DNA of 24,000 bases from Patescibacteria group bacterium (GTDB taxonomy: Bacteria > Patescibacteriota > Patescibacteriia > UBA10025): assembly GCA_041671025.1 (NCBI GenBank), contig JBAZCI010000020.1, positions 509 to 24,508 of the forward strand, written 5' to 3'. Positions 13,232 through 22,355 of the stretch are shown here, piece by piece. A model generated the notes under the pieces. It was not told the DNA's origin and ran no database searches. It saw nothing but the letters and a program-made list of their open reading frames with translations. The translations under genes and the position numbers were made by a program. The stretch's first letter is position 1; each line of letters begins with the position of its first letter.

Positions 13232-14002
13232 ATGTACACCTACATCTACGATTCGTTTGTCAATGAAAAAAAATATCAGTCGCTTCTTTTTCGAATCGAA
13301 ACGAGACTGCTAGAGCTTGGCATTAACGGACGCGTAGAAAAACTATCCCTGCTGAAAAGCGTCAAGGAGATCATTGCAGACGCCATTACTCGAAAGAGTG
13401 AAACAATTGTCCTTGTAGGAAATGATGAGACCATAGCACAGGCAATCAGTTTTTTATCGGGAATACGAGTCGTTCTGGGCATTATTCCGATCGGTCCGCA
13501 CAATAGCATCGCGGATATGCTTGGCGTTCCTCAAGGAGCTGAAGCGTGCGATATTCTCTCGCGTAGAATTGTGGAACACATCGACCTGGGGAAAGTAAAC
13601 GGCCGTCACTTTTTATCGCAGCTGGAAATTCGCGACGCCTCACATGTGACACTTGATTGCGACGGGTACAACATTACCTCAGATGGACCGGACAGTGTCG
13701 TCCAGATATGCAACTTCGGATATGCTGAGAGTTCATTTGACCGGATACCGTCTGATCCCCAGGACGGAGTACTGGAGGCGGTGATTCGCACACCGATAAA
13801 ACGAACACTGCTCAATACCTTTGGCCACCGATCCATGCGACCAAGCGTATTTCCTTTTACTAAGATACACATCAGAAGTAAGGGGGAAAACGTCGCCGTC
13901 ATTGCCGACGGGCAAACCATGCTCAAAACGCCGATCACTGTAGAGGTTGCCCCGAAAAAGCTCACCATGATTGTCGGCAAGCGCCGAGCCTTTCACGCAT
14001 AG
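13232..14002 (+). CDS. diacylglycerol-kinase-catalytic-domain (YegS/BmrU-like lipid kinase) family protein with degenerate nucleotide-binding motifs
   Basis: 256 aa. IVLVGNDETIAQAI aligns with the GGDGT loop, and LGIIPIGPHNSIADMLG aligns with the PlGTGNDfAr motif of DAGK_cat proteins. Both motifs are substituted. Confidence 0.6.
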   Translation: MYTYIYDSFVNEKKYQSLLFRIETRLLELGINGRVEKLSLLKSVKEIIADAITRKSETIVLVGNDETIAQAISFLSGIRVVLGIIPIGPHNSIADMLGVPQGAEACDILSRRIVEHIDLGKVNGRHFLSQLEIRDASHVTLDCDGYNITSDGPDSVVQICNFGYAESSFDRIPSDPQDGVLEAVIRTPIKRTLLNTFGHRSMRPSVFPFTKIHIRSKGENVAVIADGQTMLKTPITVEVAPKKLTMIVGKRRAFHA

Positions 14003-14021
14003 CACCGGAGGGCAAAGACAA

Positions 14022-14046
14022 CGGATATCCGCAATCCGCATTTTTT
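14022..14046 (+). terminator. candidate intrinsic terminator after the lipid-kinase-like gene
   Basis: CGGAT-ATCCGCA-ATCCG (5-bp stem), followed by CATTTTTT. The stem is weak. Confidence 0.35.
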
Positions 14047-14059
14047 GCTTTAGTGTACA

Positions 14060-14088
14060 TTGACGAAAACATCCATTTTCACTATACT
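14060..14088 (+). promoter_or_regulatory. sigma70-type promoter for infB, TTGACG - 17 nt - TATACT
   Basis: Read directly. It lies 33 nt upstream of the infB ATG. Confidence 0.55.
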
Positions 14089-14121
14089 AAACTACGATTT
14101 TGATATTGATGACTGCCACAC

Positions 14122-16113
14122 ATGAACGTAACTGAACTCGCTCGACGACTGAAAATTCCTACTGATTCTCTCCGGGACTTAATCCCGGATCTTGGTTTTG
14201 ATGTCGGGAAAAAAGCGATTAAGGTAGATGACCGTGTTGCGCAGCAAATCATTAAAAAGATAAAGAGTCAGCCAAACCTGCTCGAGGACATGCGGAAGAA
14301 GAAGCTTGCGGCAGTCAAAACAGAAGAGAAGGCGGTCGCAGGTGCGGACACATCACGCCCCCTTCAATTGCCCCAACAGATTGCCGTTCGTGATTTTGCC
14401 GACATGCTCAAGATGCCCGTCACGCAAGTCGTTAAAGAGCTGATGAACAGCGGCATTCTCGCCTCGCTCAATGAACAGATCGATTTTGAAACCGCTTCAA
14501 TCATTGCGGAAGATCTGGGATTTGCAACCGAGCTGACAAAAAAAGCGGAAACGCACGCGGAAGCGACTATCGAGAGCCTCGTCGCTTCGGACACCGAGGA
14601 ACATTTGGTTGAGCGACCACCGGTCGTTGTGGTCATGGGCCATGTTGATCACGGCAAGACGAAGCTGCTCGATGCCATCCGCAAAACAAATGTTGTCGAA
14701 GGTGAAGCGGGCGGTATTACTCAACACATCGGTGCCTACCAGGTAGTATACAAAAAAAGAGGACTGACATTTATCGATACTCCCGGCCATGAAGCGTTTA
14801 CCACCATGCGATCACGCGGCGCCCGCGTGGCCGATATCGCCATTCTTGTTGTCGCTGCCGATGAAGGCATTAAACCGCAAACACAGGAAGCGATTACGAT
14901 CATCCAAAACTCTGAACTGCCCTTTATCGTTGCGATTAACAAAATTGATAAAGAGGGAGCAAACATCGAGCGCATTAAACAACAGCTTGCAGAAAAAAAC
15001 TTGCTCCCCGAAGACTGGGGCGGCAAGGTTATTACCGTTCCTATCTCCGCAAAACAGAACAAGGGCATTCCGGAACTTCTTGATACCGTCATCCTTGTCG
15101 CAGATATGGAAAAAGATAACATCCGCGCAAATCCCGATCGTGCGGCGGTCGGAACTATTATTGAGTCCCGAGTGAGCAAGGCCGAGGGGCCGATTGCAAC
15201 GGTACTTGTTCAATCAGGTACGCTTCGCACCGGCGACCTGGTGAGCGTCGGCGGTATCGGAGGCAAGGTGAAGACTATGAAAGATTTCAGAGGGCAAGAT
15301 GTCCGTGAAGCAGTGCCGTCGACACCGGTAAAAATTTTAGGACTCAAAACCGCATCTGCGGTAGGCGACATTCTTCAGGTACAGCAGGACGTGAAGGCAT
15401 TGAAAAAAACTCTCAAAGAGCACGAACTCCATAAAATGAAATACCGCGCGAGCTTTGATGCGCGCACCGGCGATGACGACGAGCGCATTCAAAAAATGCC
15501 TATCATTCTAAAATCGGACACGCTGGGATCTCAGGAAGCAATCCTACAGGCTTTGGAAACGCTTGAACTTCCGGATTTCAAAATTACCGTTATTAAAAAA
15601 GGACTGGGCAACATCACGGAATCAGATCTTGAAAGCGCACAGGCGACTCATGCAATCGTCTACGGATTTCATGTCCAGATGACACCGCCGATCGCCCAAA
15701 TCGCTTCCGAACAAAATCTTCCCGTAAAAATGTACGATATTATCTACGAACTCATCCAGGATGTGAAGCAGGAGGGAGAAAAAATTCTCGTACCTGAGAT
15801 TGTACGGACAGAGGAAGGGCGGGTTAAAGTGCTCGCAATATTCAGAACGGAAAAAAAGCATATGATCGTTGGCGGCACCGTAACTAAAGGCCGCGCGATT
15901 GTTAATGCCCAAGTCAATATACTTCGGGGTGTCGAGCAGATGGGTACCGGGAAAATTACCGGACTTCAGGCGGGCAAACAAAATGTTAAAGAAGTTCTTG
16001 CAAATCAAGAATGCGGACTTTCATATGAAGGCTCTGTAGTCATTCAGATAGGAGATTTCCTGGATATATTCACCGAGGTCAAGCGGTACCGAAAACTCGC
16101 AGGTAAAGAGTAA
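14122..16113 (+). CDS. infB: translation initiation factor IF-2
   Basis: 663 aa. N-terminal IF2_N-like segment, G-domain motifs GHVDHGKT, DTPGH and NKID, and C-terminal IF-2 domains. Confidence 0.95.
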   Translation: MNVTELARRLKIPTDSLRDLIPDLGFDVGKKAIKVDDRVAQQIIKKIKSQPNLLEDMRKKKLAAVKTEEKAVAGADTSRPLQLPQQIAVRDFADMLKMPVTQVVKELMNSGILASLNEQIDFETASIIAEDLGFATELTKKAETHAEATIESLVASDTEEHLVERPPVVVVMGHVDHGKTKLLDAIRKTNVVEGEAGGITQHIGAYQVVYKKRGLTFIDTPGHEAFTTMRSRGARVADIAILVVAADEGIKPQTQEAITIIQNSELPFIVAINKIDKEGANIERIKQQLAEKNLLPEDWGGKVITVPISAKQNKGIPELLDTVILVADMEKDNIRANPDRAAVGTIIESRVSKAEGPIATVLVQSGTLRTGDLVSVGGIGGKVKTMKDFRGQDVREAVPSTPVKILGLKTASAVGDILQVQQDVKALKKTLKEHELHKMKYRASFDARTGDDDERIQKMPIILKSDTLGSQEAILQALETLELPDFKITVIKKGLGNITESDLESAQATHAIVYGFHVQMTPPIAQIASEQNLPVKMYDIIYELIQDVKQEGEKILVPEIVRTEEGRVKVLAIFRTEKKHMIVGGTVTKGRAIVNAQVNILRGVEQMGTGKITGLQAGKQNVKEVLANQECGLSYEGSVVIQIGDFLDIFTEVKRYRKLAGKE

Positions 16114-16128
16114 CCCCCACTCGCGCAT

Positions 16129-16479
16129 ATGCCCGTAGACCGCATGGAGCGGATCAACGAACTGATTAAACGACAGCTCAGCTCGATTCTTCTCAAAGAG
16201 GCGGATTTAGGGCATGAAAATTTTGTAACGATTACTGACGTACAGACTGCCGCAGACCTTTCGGCATGCACCGTACTTGTCACGATTACTCCCGACGACG
16301 CGATTCCCCATATGCTCTCCCGCCTCAAATCTATGGCAGGTTTTCTTCAACACGAGCTCAATGGAAAAGTGATCATCCGCAAAATTCCCAAAATACGCTT
16401 TGAGCTTGATACGGCCCAAAAAAAAGCGGACCGCATTGAAGAGCTCCTTGAGCAAATTCATAAGGAAAGCCCGAAGTAG
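16129..16479 (+). CDS. rbfA: ribosome-binding factor A
   Basis: 116 aa. The sequence RMERINELIKRQLSSIL ... VTITDV.....L..C.V.V ... IRKIPKIRFELD is typical of RbfA. It sits immediately after infB. Confidence 0.85.
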   Translation: MPVDRMERINELIKRQLSSILLKEADLGHENFVTITDVQTAADLSACTVLVTITPDDAIPHMLSRLKSMAGFLQHELNGKVIIRKIPKIRFELDTAQKKADRIEELLEQIHKESPK

Positions 16480-16574
16480 GACAACTCGTGCACGAGGTAA
16501 GTCTCAAGATAGTACTCACTCACTGTATTAAGTACTCCAAGCAAGGGATAGATTACCATTCTTACCTTGTTTCG

Positions 16575-16603
16575 TTGACAAAAGTCAAAAAATGCGCTAT
16601 AAT
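16575..16603 (+). promoter_or_regulatory. perfect-consensus sigma70 promoter TTGACA - 17 nt - TATAAT, with inverted repeat GCGCTA-TAAT-TAGCGC (16594-16609) wrapped around the -10 box
   Basis: Hexamers, spacer and inverted repeat were all read directly. It lies 34 nt upstream of the ATG at 16638. Confidence 0.6.
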
Positions 16604-16637
16604 TAGCGCAGAATAAAAAAAAATTAACATAAAAACA

Positions 16638-17984
16638 ATGGATCAACCTCAAATTGCCGTTGCAAGTGGAGTTAAAACGCACATTGCAACAAAGACAGCC
16701 CTTCTCATGGGAATGGTTGCTGCTTTTAGTATTGCCGGGAGTTTCGCAGTTGCACTCTTGAGACCGACTCCACCTTCAACACCCGTACAATCCTTTTCGT
16801 CAGCATTTCGACCTACAAAAATTACGAACGGGGCAATGAGCGAATCGTATTTAACCGAATTACAGAATATAGGATTTCTTCGTAATGGCATCACCCTGGC
16901 GTACTACGAGAGAGGGACAATTATAAGCACCGGCAAACTTGTCCCTGCAACAAGTTCTGCTCCTTTGGTAATCCAAATTTCTGGTACATCATCGACACAC
17001 ACCTTACCTGCGCGCACCGCTGCGCTTCAAACAAATTTGGGCATAACAACGGTATGTATCCCGGAAACTCAGGTCACCCCGCTCACCGGTATCACAAAGT
17101 ACTACTATGATTTTGCCGGCACACCGTATCGGGATTCAAATCTAAGAACGCCTGCGATTAGCACTCCTTGCGACCAACTCCTCTCGGAATCTCTCGCACC
17201 GGCGTCTGTTACGGGCGGCCGATTAAGTCAAGAGTTAGTAGGGATGTACTCAGGTATCAGTATGAAGCTTATCCGCGACAACACTGAAGTCGGTAACTAT
17301 GTTAACGAAGCCGGGAATCCAGGTGTCATTTTGCCAGTTGGATCTGCATGGACCGGTAGCAGGTCTCCTCTGATCATCAGCGCAGAAGATAGTCTTGCAC
17401 GAACAGTTCCTGCGCGAACTCTTGCGATAACCACCGATATGGGCGTCTATACCCTCTGCCTCCCTGAAACAACGTATACCGCCGGACAAAAAGTAACCTG
17501 GTACTTTAAAGAGGACGGCACGCCGTATCATGATGTATTTCTCACTCAGCCTGCCCTCATCCCCAATTGTGGGGAAATGCTACAGTCGTCATTTACACCT
17601 ATTTCTCTAACAGGAGCATCCCTCAATGAGCCTTACGCGGATGAACCAGACCCCAATGACCCACATGCAACTGGCGGGCATATACTTTCATTCGGACGCG
17701 ATTTGTACAACTTAGGCGGTTTCAGTAACAATACTTTTTCTCAATCGTCCAGCAACGCAATCAGTGGAAGCCGTTCACCTTTCAACGTGAGCTTTGCATT
17801 TCGCACCTCTTACCCCCAGCGCACACTCACGTTAGTGACAGATCAAGGTTCACTCGAATTATGCCTTCCCGAAATTATACCTGCCGGCGATAACCGCACG
17901 GTGTACTTCTATGATTCCCTTGGGCACCCGTATACTGACAGTTTTCTACAACACCCAGTCGAATGCATAAGTGAAGTGCAATAA
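16638..17984 (+). CDS. hypothetical membrane-anchored extracytoplasmic protein built from three ~135-aa repeats of an unrecognised two-cysteine module
   Basis: 448 aa with an N-terminal TM segment, TALLMGMVAAFSIAGSFAVALL. Three units share the pattern S.SP(L/F)...S......P.RT(L/A)...T..G.....C(L/I)PE......(K/R).(T/Y).Y(F/Y).D..G.PY.D..L..P.....C. The Cys pairs are 140/178, 274/311 and 409/443. Confidence 0.7.
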   Translation: MDQPQIAVASGVKTHIATKTALLMGMVAAFSIAGSFAVALLRPTPPSTPVQSFSSAFRPTKITNGAMSESYLTELQNIGFLRNGITLAYYERGTIISTGKLVPATSSAPLVIQISGTSSTHTLPARTAALQTNLGITTVCIPETQVTPLTGITKYYYDFAGTPYRDSNLRTPAISTPCDQLLSESLAPASVTGGRLSQELVGMYSGISMKLIRDNTEVGNYVNEAGNPGVILPVGSAWTGSRSPLIISAEDSLARTVPARTLAITTDMGVYTLCLPETTYTAGQKVTWYFKEDGTPYHDVFLTQPALIPNCGEMLQSSFTPISLTGASLNEPYADEPDPNDPHATGGHILSFGRDLYNLGGFSNNTFSQSSSNAISGSRSPFNVSFAFRTSYPQRTLTLVTDQGSLELCLPEIIPAGDNRTVYFYDSLGHPYTDSFLQHPVECISEVQ

Positions 17985-18011
17985 GAAAATCCAGAGCGCA
18001 CGCTCAACACC

Positions 18012-18043
18012 AAAAATTACCCGGACATCCGGGTAATTTTTTT
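18012..18043 (+). terminator. strong intrinsic terminator after the three-repeat gene
   Basis: ATTACCCGG-ACAT-CCGGGTAAT (9-bp perfect stem, extendable through the flanking A/T runs), followed by a T-run (18038-18043). Confidence 0.8.
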
Positions 18044-18081
18044 GGCAGATAGAAAAGACACAGACGGCCAATGTTCCTCCC

Positions 18082-18110
18082 TTGACAAATAGCACACCGG
18101 GACGTAGACT
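18082..18110 (+). promoter_or_regulatory. sigma70-type promoter, TTGACA - 17 nt - TAGACT
   Basis: Read directly. The TTG that opens the ORF-track entry at 18082 is the -35 box itself. Confidence 0.5.
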
Positions 18111-18135
18111 GTCATACTTATGTACTACATCAGAT

Positions 18136-19116
18136 ATGACAGAGTTTAATCACATTTTTCAGACAATCCGAGATCATTTGCATGGGGCAGCTCACGTGGT
18201 GATTATCGCGCACCAGAAACCGGACGGAGATGCCCTGGGTTCATCTTTGGCACTCTCACATTATCTTGAAAGCATCCAAAAGCCTCATACGTGCTTTTGT
18301 ATTGATGAGGTCCCATTTCATCTCGCCTTCCTTCCAACATCGGAAAAGTTTACTGCAAATACCGAACATCCTGCGCTGCAGGAAGCGGATGTGATTTGCG
18401 TACTGGATTCCGGAGATCTGTCATATGCGGGCATCGAACAGATAATCCAATCCAGAATAGCTAATGGAAAGAAGTTGCTCATTATTAATATCGACCATCA
18501 TCCGACCAACACGCGCTACGGCAACCTTAATCTGGTTCACGAACAGGCGTCTTCCACATCGGAAATGATTTTCCATTTCCTGGACGCAGTTCGTCATCCC
18601 ATGACGCACGAAACGGCGACCTGTTTACTCACCGGCATCCTGACTGATACCGGGATGTTTTCAAACCTGGCGACTACCCCCTCATCTCTTGAGGCGGCGT
18701 CGAGACTCATGGCGTATGGTGCAAAAATTAAAGATATTACCCAGCATACCGTCCGCAATATGTCGCTGGTGAATCTCCAGCTGTGGGGCCGCGCGTTGTC
18801 CCGGCTCAAGGAAAACCCTGAAACAGGGGTCGTAACCACCGTCATTACCCGTAAAGACTTTGATGAACTCGGCATCGCCTCCGAACAGACGGAAGGTATC
18901 GCAAACTTTTTGAATAATCTGGGCCATGCCCGCATGGTCATGGTGTTGAAAGAGGCTGAGCCGGGAAAAATTAAGGCGTCACTCCGCACGACACATCCCG
19001 ATGTAGACGTATCTAAATTTGCGCAGACGTTTGGCGGCGGCGGACACAAAAAAGCCGCAGGATTTACCGTTGACGGCAAGCTCAAGGAAACTACAAAAGG
19101 CTGGGAAGTCGTATAA
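18136..19116 (+). CDS. nrnA: DHH/DHHA1 family phosphoesterase (NrnA-like oligoribonuclease / pAp phosphatase)
   Basis: Motifs AHQKPDGDALGS (DHH motifs I-II), VLDSGD, IDHH and a C-terminal GGGGHKKAAG (DHHA1). The start was moved to the first in-frame ATG after the promoter. Confidence 0.8.
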   Translation: MTEFNHIFQTIRDHLHGAAHVVIIAHQKPDGDALGSSLALSHYLESIQKPHTCFCIDEVPFHLAFLPTSEKFTANTEHPALQEADVICVLDSGDLSYAGIEQIIQSRIANGKKLLIINIDHHPTNTRYGNLNLVHEQASSTSEMIFHFLDAVRHPMTHETATCLLTGILTDTGMFSNLATTPSSLEAASRLMAYGAKIKDITQHTVRNMSLVNLQLWGRALSRLKENPETGVVTTVITRKDFDELGIASEQTEGIANFLNNLGHARMVMVLKEAEPGKIKASLRTTHPDVDVSKFAQTFGGGGHKKAAGFTVDGKLKETTKGWEVV

Positions 19117-19198
19117 GCCACAAAATCATACACGGGAGCTTTTCATACGAAAGCATGACACTTCTTTTAAGATACCCGCGATCATCTTTGCCAGATAA

Positions 19199-19227
19199 TT
19201 GACAAAGTAGTTTATCATCCCTACTAT
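19199..19227 (+). promoter_or_regulatory. sigma70-type promoter for clpP, TTGACA - 17 nt - TACTAT
   Basis: Read directly. It lies 32 nt upstream of the clpP ATG. Confidence 0.55.
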
Positions 19228-19259
19228 TAAATACGCTTTAATATATAATACACTGGCAT

Positions 19260-19847
19260 ATGTACCTTATCCCTACCGTTATCGAAAAATCGCAATTTGG
19301 CGAACGCGCATACGACATCTATTCGCGTCTTTTGAAGGATCGAATTATCTTTTTGGGTAGTCCTGTCGATGACGCCGTTGCCAATACCGTCATTGCCCAA
19401 CTTCTCCTCCTTGATTCACAGGAACGCACCAAGGATATCAAATTGTACATAAATTCTCCGGGAGGATCAGTAACCGCCGGCATGGCCATTTATGACACCA
19501 TGCAGTACGTAAAGGCTGACGTCGTTACAATCTGCGTCGGACTTGCGGCATCGATGGCTGCAACACTGCTCGCTGCGGGTGCCAAAGGAAAACGGTTTGC
19601 ACTGCCTAACGCCGAAGTAATGATTCATCAGGTGATGGGGGGAACGGAGGGGCAGGCAAGCGACATTAAAATCCGCGCTGAACATATTCTAAAAATCCGC
19701 GATCGGTTAAATCAAATCCTGGCAAAACATACCGGACAACCGATAAAGAAGATTGAAGTCGATACAGATCGAGACTTTTTCATGTCTTCTGCAGAAGCCG
19801 CCAAGTACGGCATTATCGATAAAATCATCGAGCAAACGCCGTCGTAA
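19260..19847 (+). CDS. clpP: ATP-dependent Clp protease proteolytic subunit
   Basis: 195 aa. [29 protein letters not shown], a catalytic Ser context GLAASMAA and MIHQ are all classic ClpP. Confidence 0.95.
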   Translation: MYLIPTVIEKSQFGERAYDIYSRLLKDRIIFLGSPVDDAVANTVIAQLLLLDSQERTKDIKLYINSPGGSVTAGMAIYDTMQYVKADVVTICVGLAASMAATLLAAGAKGKRFALPNAEVMIHQVMGGTEGQASDIKIRAEHILKIRDRLNQILAKHTGQPIKKIEVDTDRDFFMSSAEAAKYGIIDKIIEQTPS

Positions 19848-20013
19848 TCCGGGAACTTTCTCTCCAATACCCCTGCATTTTAGGCAATATACCCGGTTCA
19901 TCCCATGAATCTTGGTCTTTTTGGGGTATTGCGCCAAGAGTCGCTTTATGTTACGCTGTGAAAGACTCAATTTTATATTAATTACCTTGAGTCCATGATT
20001 ATTCAGCTATTTT

Positions 20014-21549
20014 ATGATCGCAGAAAATTTGATATGGGTCATTTTGACCGTCGTTGGGTTACCCGGCGGTATGATCGTTGGCTATTACGCTCGCAAAGTG
20101 TGGGCGGCCAAACAGATCGATACCGCAGAGGCTAGACTCCATCAGCTCACTCAGGAAACAAAAAATAAACAGAAGGAAACTCTGCTCCAGGCAAAGGATC
20201 AGGCGTTTCGTATTGTAGAGGAAGCAAAAAAAGAAGAGAATGATCGTCGGCGGGAACTCTCCCAAGTCCAATCTCGGCTTGAAAAGCGCGAGGAGCTTTT
20301 TGACCAAAAGCTGATGGACCTGGAAAACCGCCAGCAGAAGGTTCAGGAAAAAGTACAGGAACTCGAACATGTCCGCCAGGAAATTACGGGTATACGCGAA
20401 AAACAGATTGAGAAACTCGAAAAAATCGCGGAGCTTACCCGTGACGAAGCTCAAAAAGTTCTGATTGATAACGTTGAAACCAGTGTCAAAGAAGATCTGA
20501 CCCAGCGGGTCAAACGACTTGAACGGGAAGGGTCAGAGCAATATGAAAAGAAGGCGCGGGAGATTATGAGCACGGCTATGCAACGCTGGGCTTCATCTCA
20601 TGCTGCGGAAACAACTACTACCGTCGTCCACCTCCCCTCAGATGAAATGAAGGGCCGCATTATCGGCCGTGAAGGACGCAATATTAAGACCATTGAACAA
20701 CTCACGGGAGTTGAAATTATTGTCGATGATACCCCTGAATCAATTCTTATTTCTGGATTTAGTCCGATCCGTAGACATCTTGCGAAACGCGCACTTGAAA
20801 AGCTTATCCAGGATGGCCGCATTCACCCCGGAAAAATCGAGGAAGCAATCGACCAGGCAAAAAAGGAACTTGCGCGGGACATTCGTGAAGCCGGAGAAGA
20901 AGCCGCATACGAAGTTGGCATTGCAGGACTTGACACCAAGCTTATTCAGATTTTGGGACGATTGAAATACCGGACAAGCTATGGACAGAATCAGCTACGT
21001 CATTCTATTGAAGTAGCACATCTGTCTGCGATGCTCGCGGAAGAACTTGGAGCAAACGTATCCGTCGCCAAAAAGGGCGGCCTGTTTCACGATATTGGAA
21101 AAGCTGTCGACCACGAAATCCAAGGATCACATACGGAGATCGGCTACGACATCATGAAACGCAAATTCAATTTCCCTGAAGAGGTTGCCTACATTTGTAT
21201 CGGGCACCACGAAGATCTGCCTAAGACACTTGAAGCGGTCATCGTAAAAGTAGCCGATGCTATTTCAGGGGCACGCCCAGGCGCACGAAAAGACACCTAC
21301 GAACAATACGTTCAGCGTCTCGAAGAGCTTGAAAGTATTGCCCAAAGCTTTGAAGGGGTTGATAAGGTGTTTGCGATACAAGCAGGGCGCGAGGTTCGTG
21401 TATTCGTTACCCCCGATAAGATCGACGACTGGGCGGCAACCAAGATGGCCAAAGATATTGCTGAAAAAATACAACAGGAGTTGAAATACCCCGGTGAAAT
21501 CAAGGTAACCGTTATCCGTGAAAAGCGGATTATCGAATACGCCCGTTAA
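20014..21549 (+). CDS. rny: ribonuclease Y
   Basis: 511 aa. N-terminal TM anchor, long coiled coil, KH domain (GRIIGREGRNIKTIEQLTGVEIIVDD) and HD domain (HSIEVAHL ... LFHDIGK). Confidence 0.95.
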   Translation: MIAENLIWVILTVVGLPGGMIVGYYARKVWAAKQIDTAEARLHQLTQETKNKQKETLLQAKDQAFRIVEEAKKEENDRRRELSQVQSRLEKREELFDQKLMDLENRQQKVQEKVQELEHVRQEITGIREKQIEKLEKIAELTRDEAQKVLIDNVETSVKEDLTQRVKRLEREGSEQYEKKAREIMSTAMQRWASSHAAETTTTVVHLPSDEMKGRIIGREGRNIKTIEQLTGVEIIVDDTPESILISGFSPIRRHLAKRALEKLIQDGRIHPGKIEEAIDQAKKELARDIREAGEEAAYEVGIAGLDTKLIQILGRLKYRTSYGQNQLRHSIEVAHLSAMLAEELGANVSVAKKGGLFHDIGKAVDHEIQGSHTEIGYDIMKRKFNFPEEVAYICIGHHEDLPKTLEAVIVKVADAISGARPGARKDTYEQYVQRLEELESIAQSFEGVDKVFAIQAGREVRVFVTPDKIDDWAATKMAKDIAEKIQQELKYPGEIKVTVIREKRIIEYAR

Positions 21550-21560
21550 GCACGAGCTGT

Positions 21561-22355
21561 ATGAGAATACTGTTTATCGGCGACATCGTCGGCAAGGCTG
21601 GCCGACACGCTGTAGCATCCTCTCTCCCCGGACTCCGCAAAGAACTGAACCCGGATTGCGTCATCGCTAACGTAGAAAATATTGCCCACGGTACGGGAAT
21701 CACCCGGTCCACGCTCGAAGAAATTCGCGTGGCCGGTGTTGATGCGTTTACATCGGGAAATCACGTATGGACCAAGCCGGAGGTACTTGAGATCTTTGCT
21801 GAAGGCACGATTCCTCTCGTTCGCCCCGCCAATTTTCCCACGGGTTCCGCAGGAAAAGGCTCAATAGTTATCCGAGTCGGAGCGCGTACGATGCAGATTA
21901 TTAATGTGCAGGGACGCGTCTTTATGAATCAGCACTTGGACGACCCGTTCCGTACATTTGAACGCGAACTTTCCGAACACGCAGGAGAACATCCCGATGC
22001 CGTCTTTGTGGATTTCCATGCAGAAGTAACGTCTGAAAAAGTCGCCTTTGGTCTGTGGGCCGACGGTCGTGCATCTGCAATTGTGGGTACACACACGCAT
22101 ATCGGTACCGCAGATCAACGTATCTTACCTGGCGGTACCGCGTACATCACCGATGTGGGCATGGTAGGCATACAGAATAGCGTACTTGGCGTAGATAAAG
22201 ATGTGATTATCAAGCAATTTCTTACCCAACAACCTGCACGGCATACCCTTCCTGAATCGGGCACCTGTATATGTAATATGGTATGTATCGATATTGACGC
22301 ATCTACCCATAAAGCGACCGCCATCCAGAGAATTGATCGAATTGTGGAAGTGTAG
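21561..22355 (+). CDS. ymdB: YmdB family metallophosphoesterase (2',3'-cyclic-nucleotide phosphodiesterase-like)
   Basis: 264 aa. MRILFIGDIVGKAGR, NVENIAHGTGIT, TSGNHVW and GTHTHIGTAD. The position directly after rny matches the known rny-ymdB pairing in Firmicutes. Confidence 0.85.
   Translation: MRILFIGDIVGKAGRHAVASSLPGLRKELNPDCVIANVENIAHGTGITRSTLEEIRVAGVDAFTSGNHVWTKPEVLEIFAEGTIPLVRPANFPTGSAGKGSIVIRVGARTMQIINVQGRVFMNQHLDDPFRTFERELSEHAGEHPDAVFVDFHAEVTSEKVAFGLWADGRASAIVGTHTHIGTADQRILPGGTAYITDVGMVGIQNSVLGVDKDVIIKQFLTQQPARHTLPESGTCICNMVCIDIDASTHKATAIQRIDRIVEV

Noticed and set aside
14364-16328. Multiple 84-147-aa ORFs antisense to or overlapping infB and rbfA
   Set aside because: They are shadow frames of strongly supported genes and carry no independent signals.
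18594-19133. 179-aa ORF antisense to the DHH phosphoesterase gene
   Set aside because: It is fully embedded antisense in a gene with clear family motifs. Its composition is low-complexity and Ser/Pro/Val-rich, as expected for an antisense frame. It has no promoter or terminator of its own.
19707-19970. 87-aa minus-strand ORF spanning the clpP 3' end and the clpP-rny spacer
   Set aside because: It overlaps clpP by about 140 nt and has no start context or motifs. The spacer is better explained by repeats or RNA structure.
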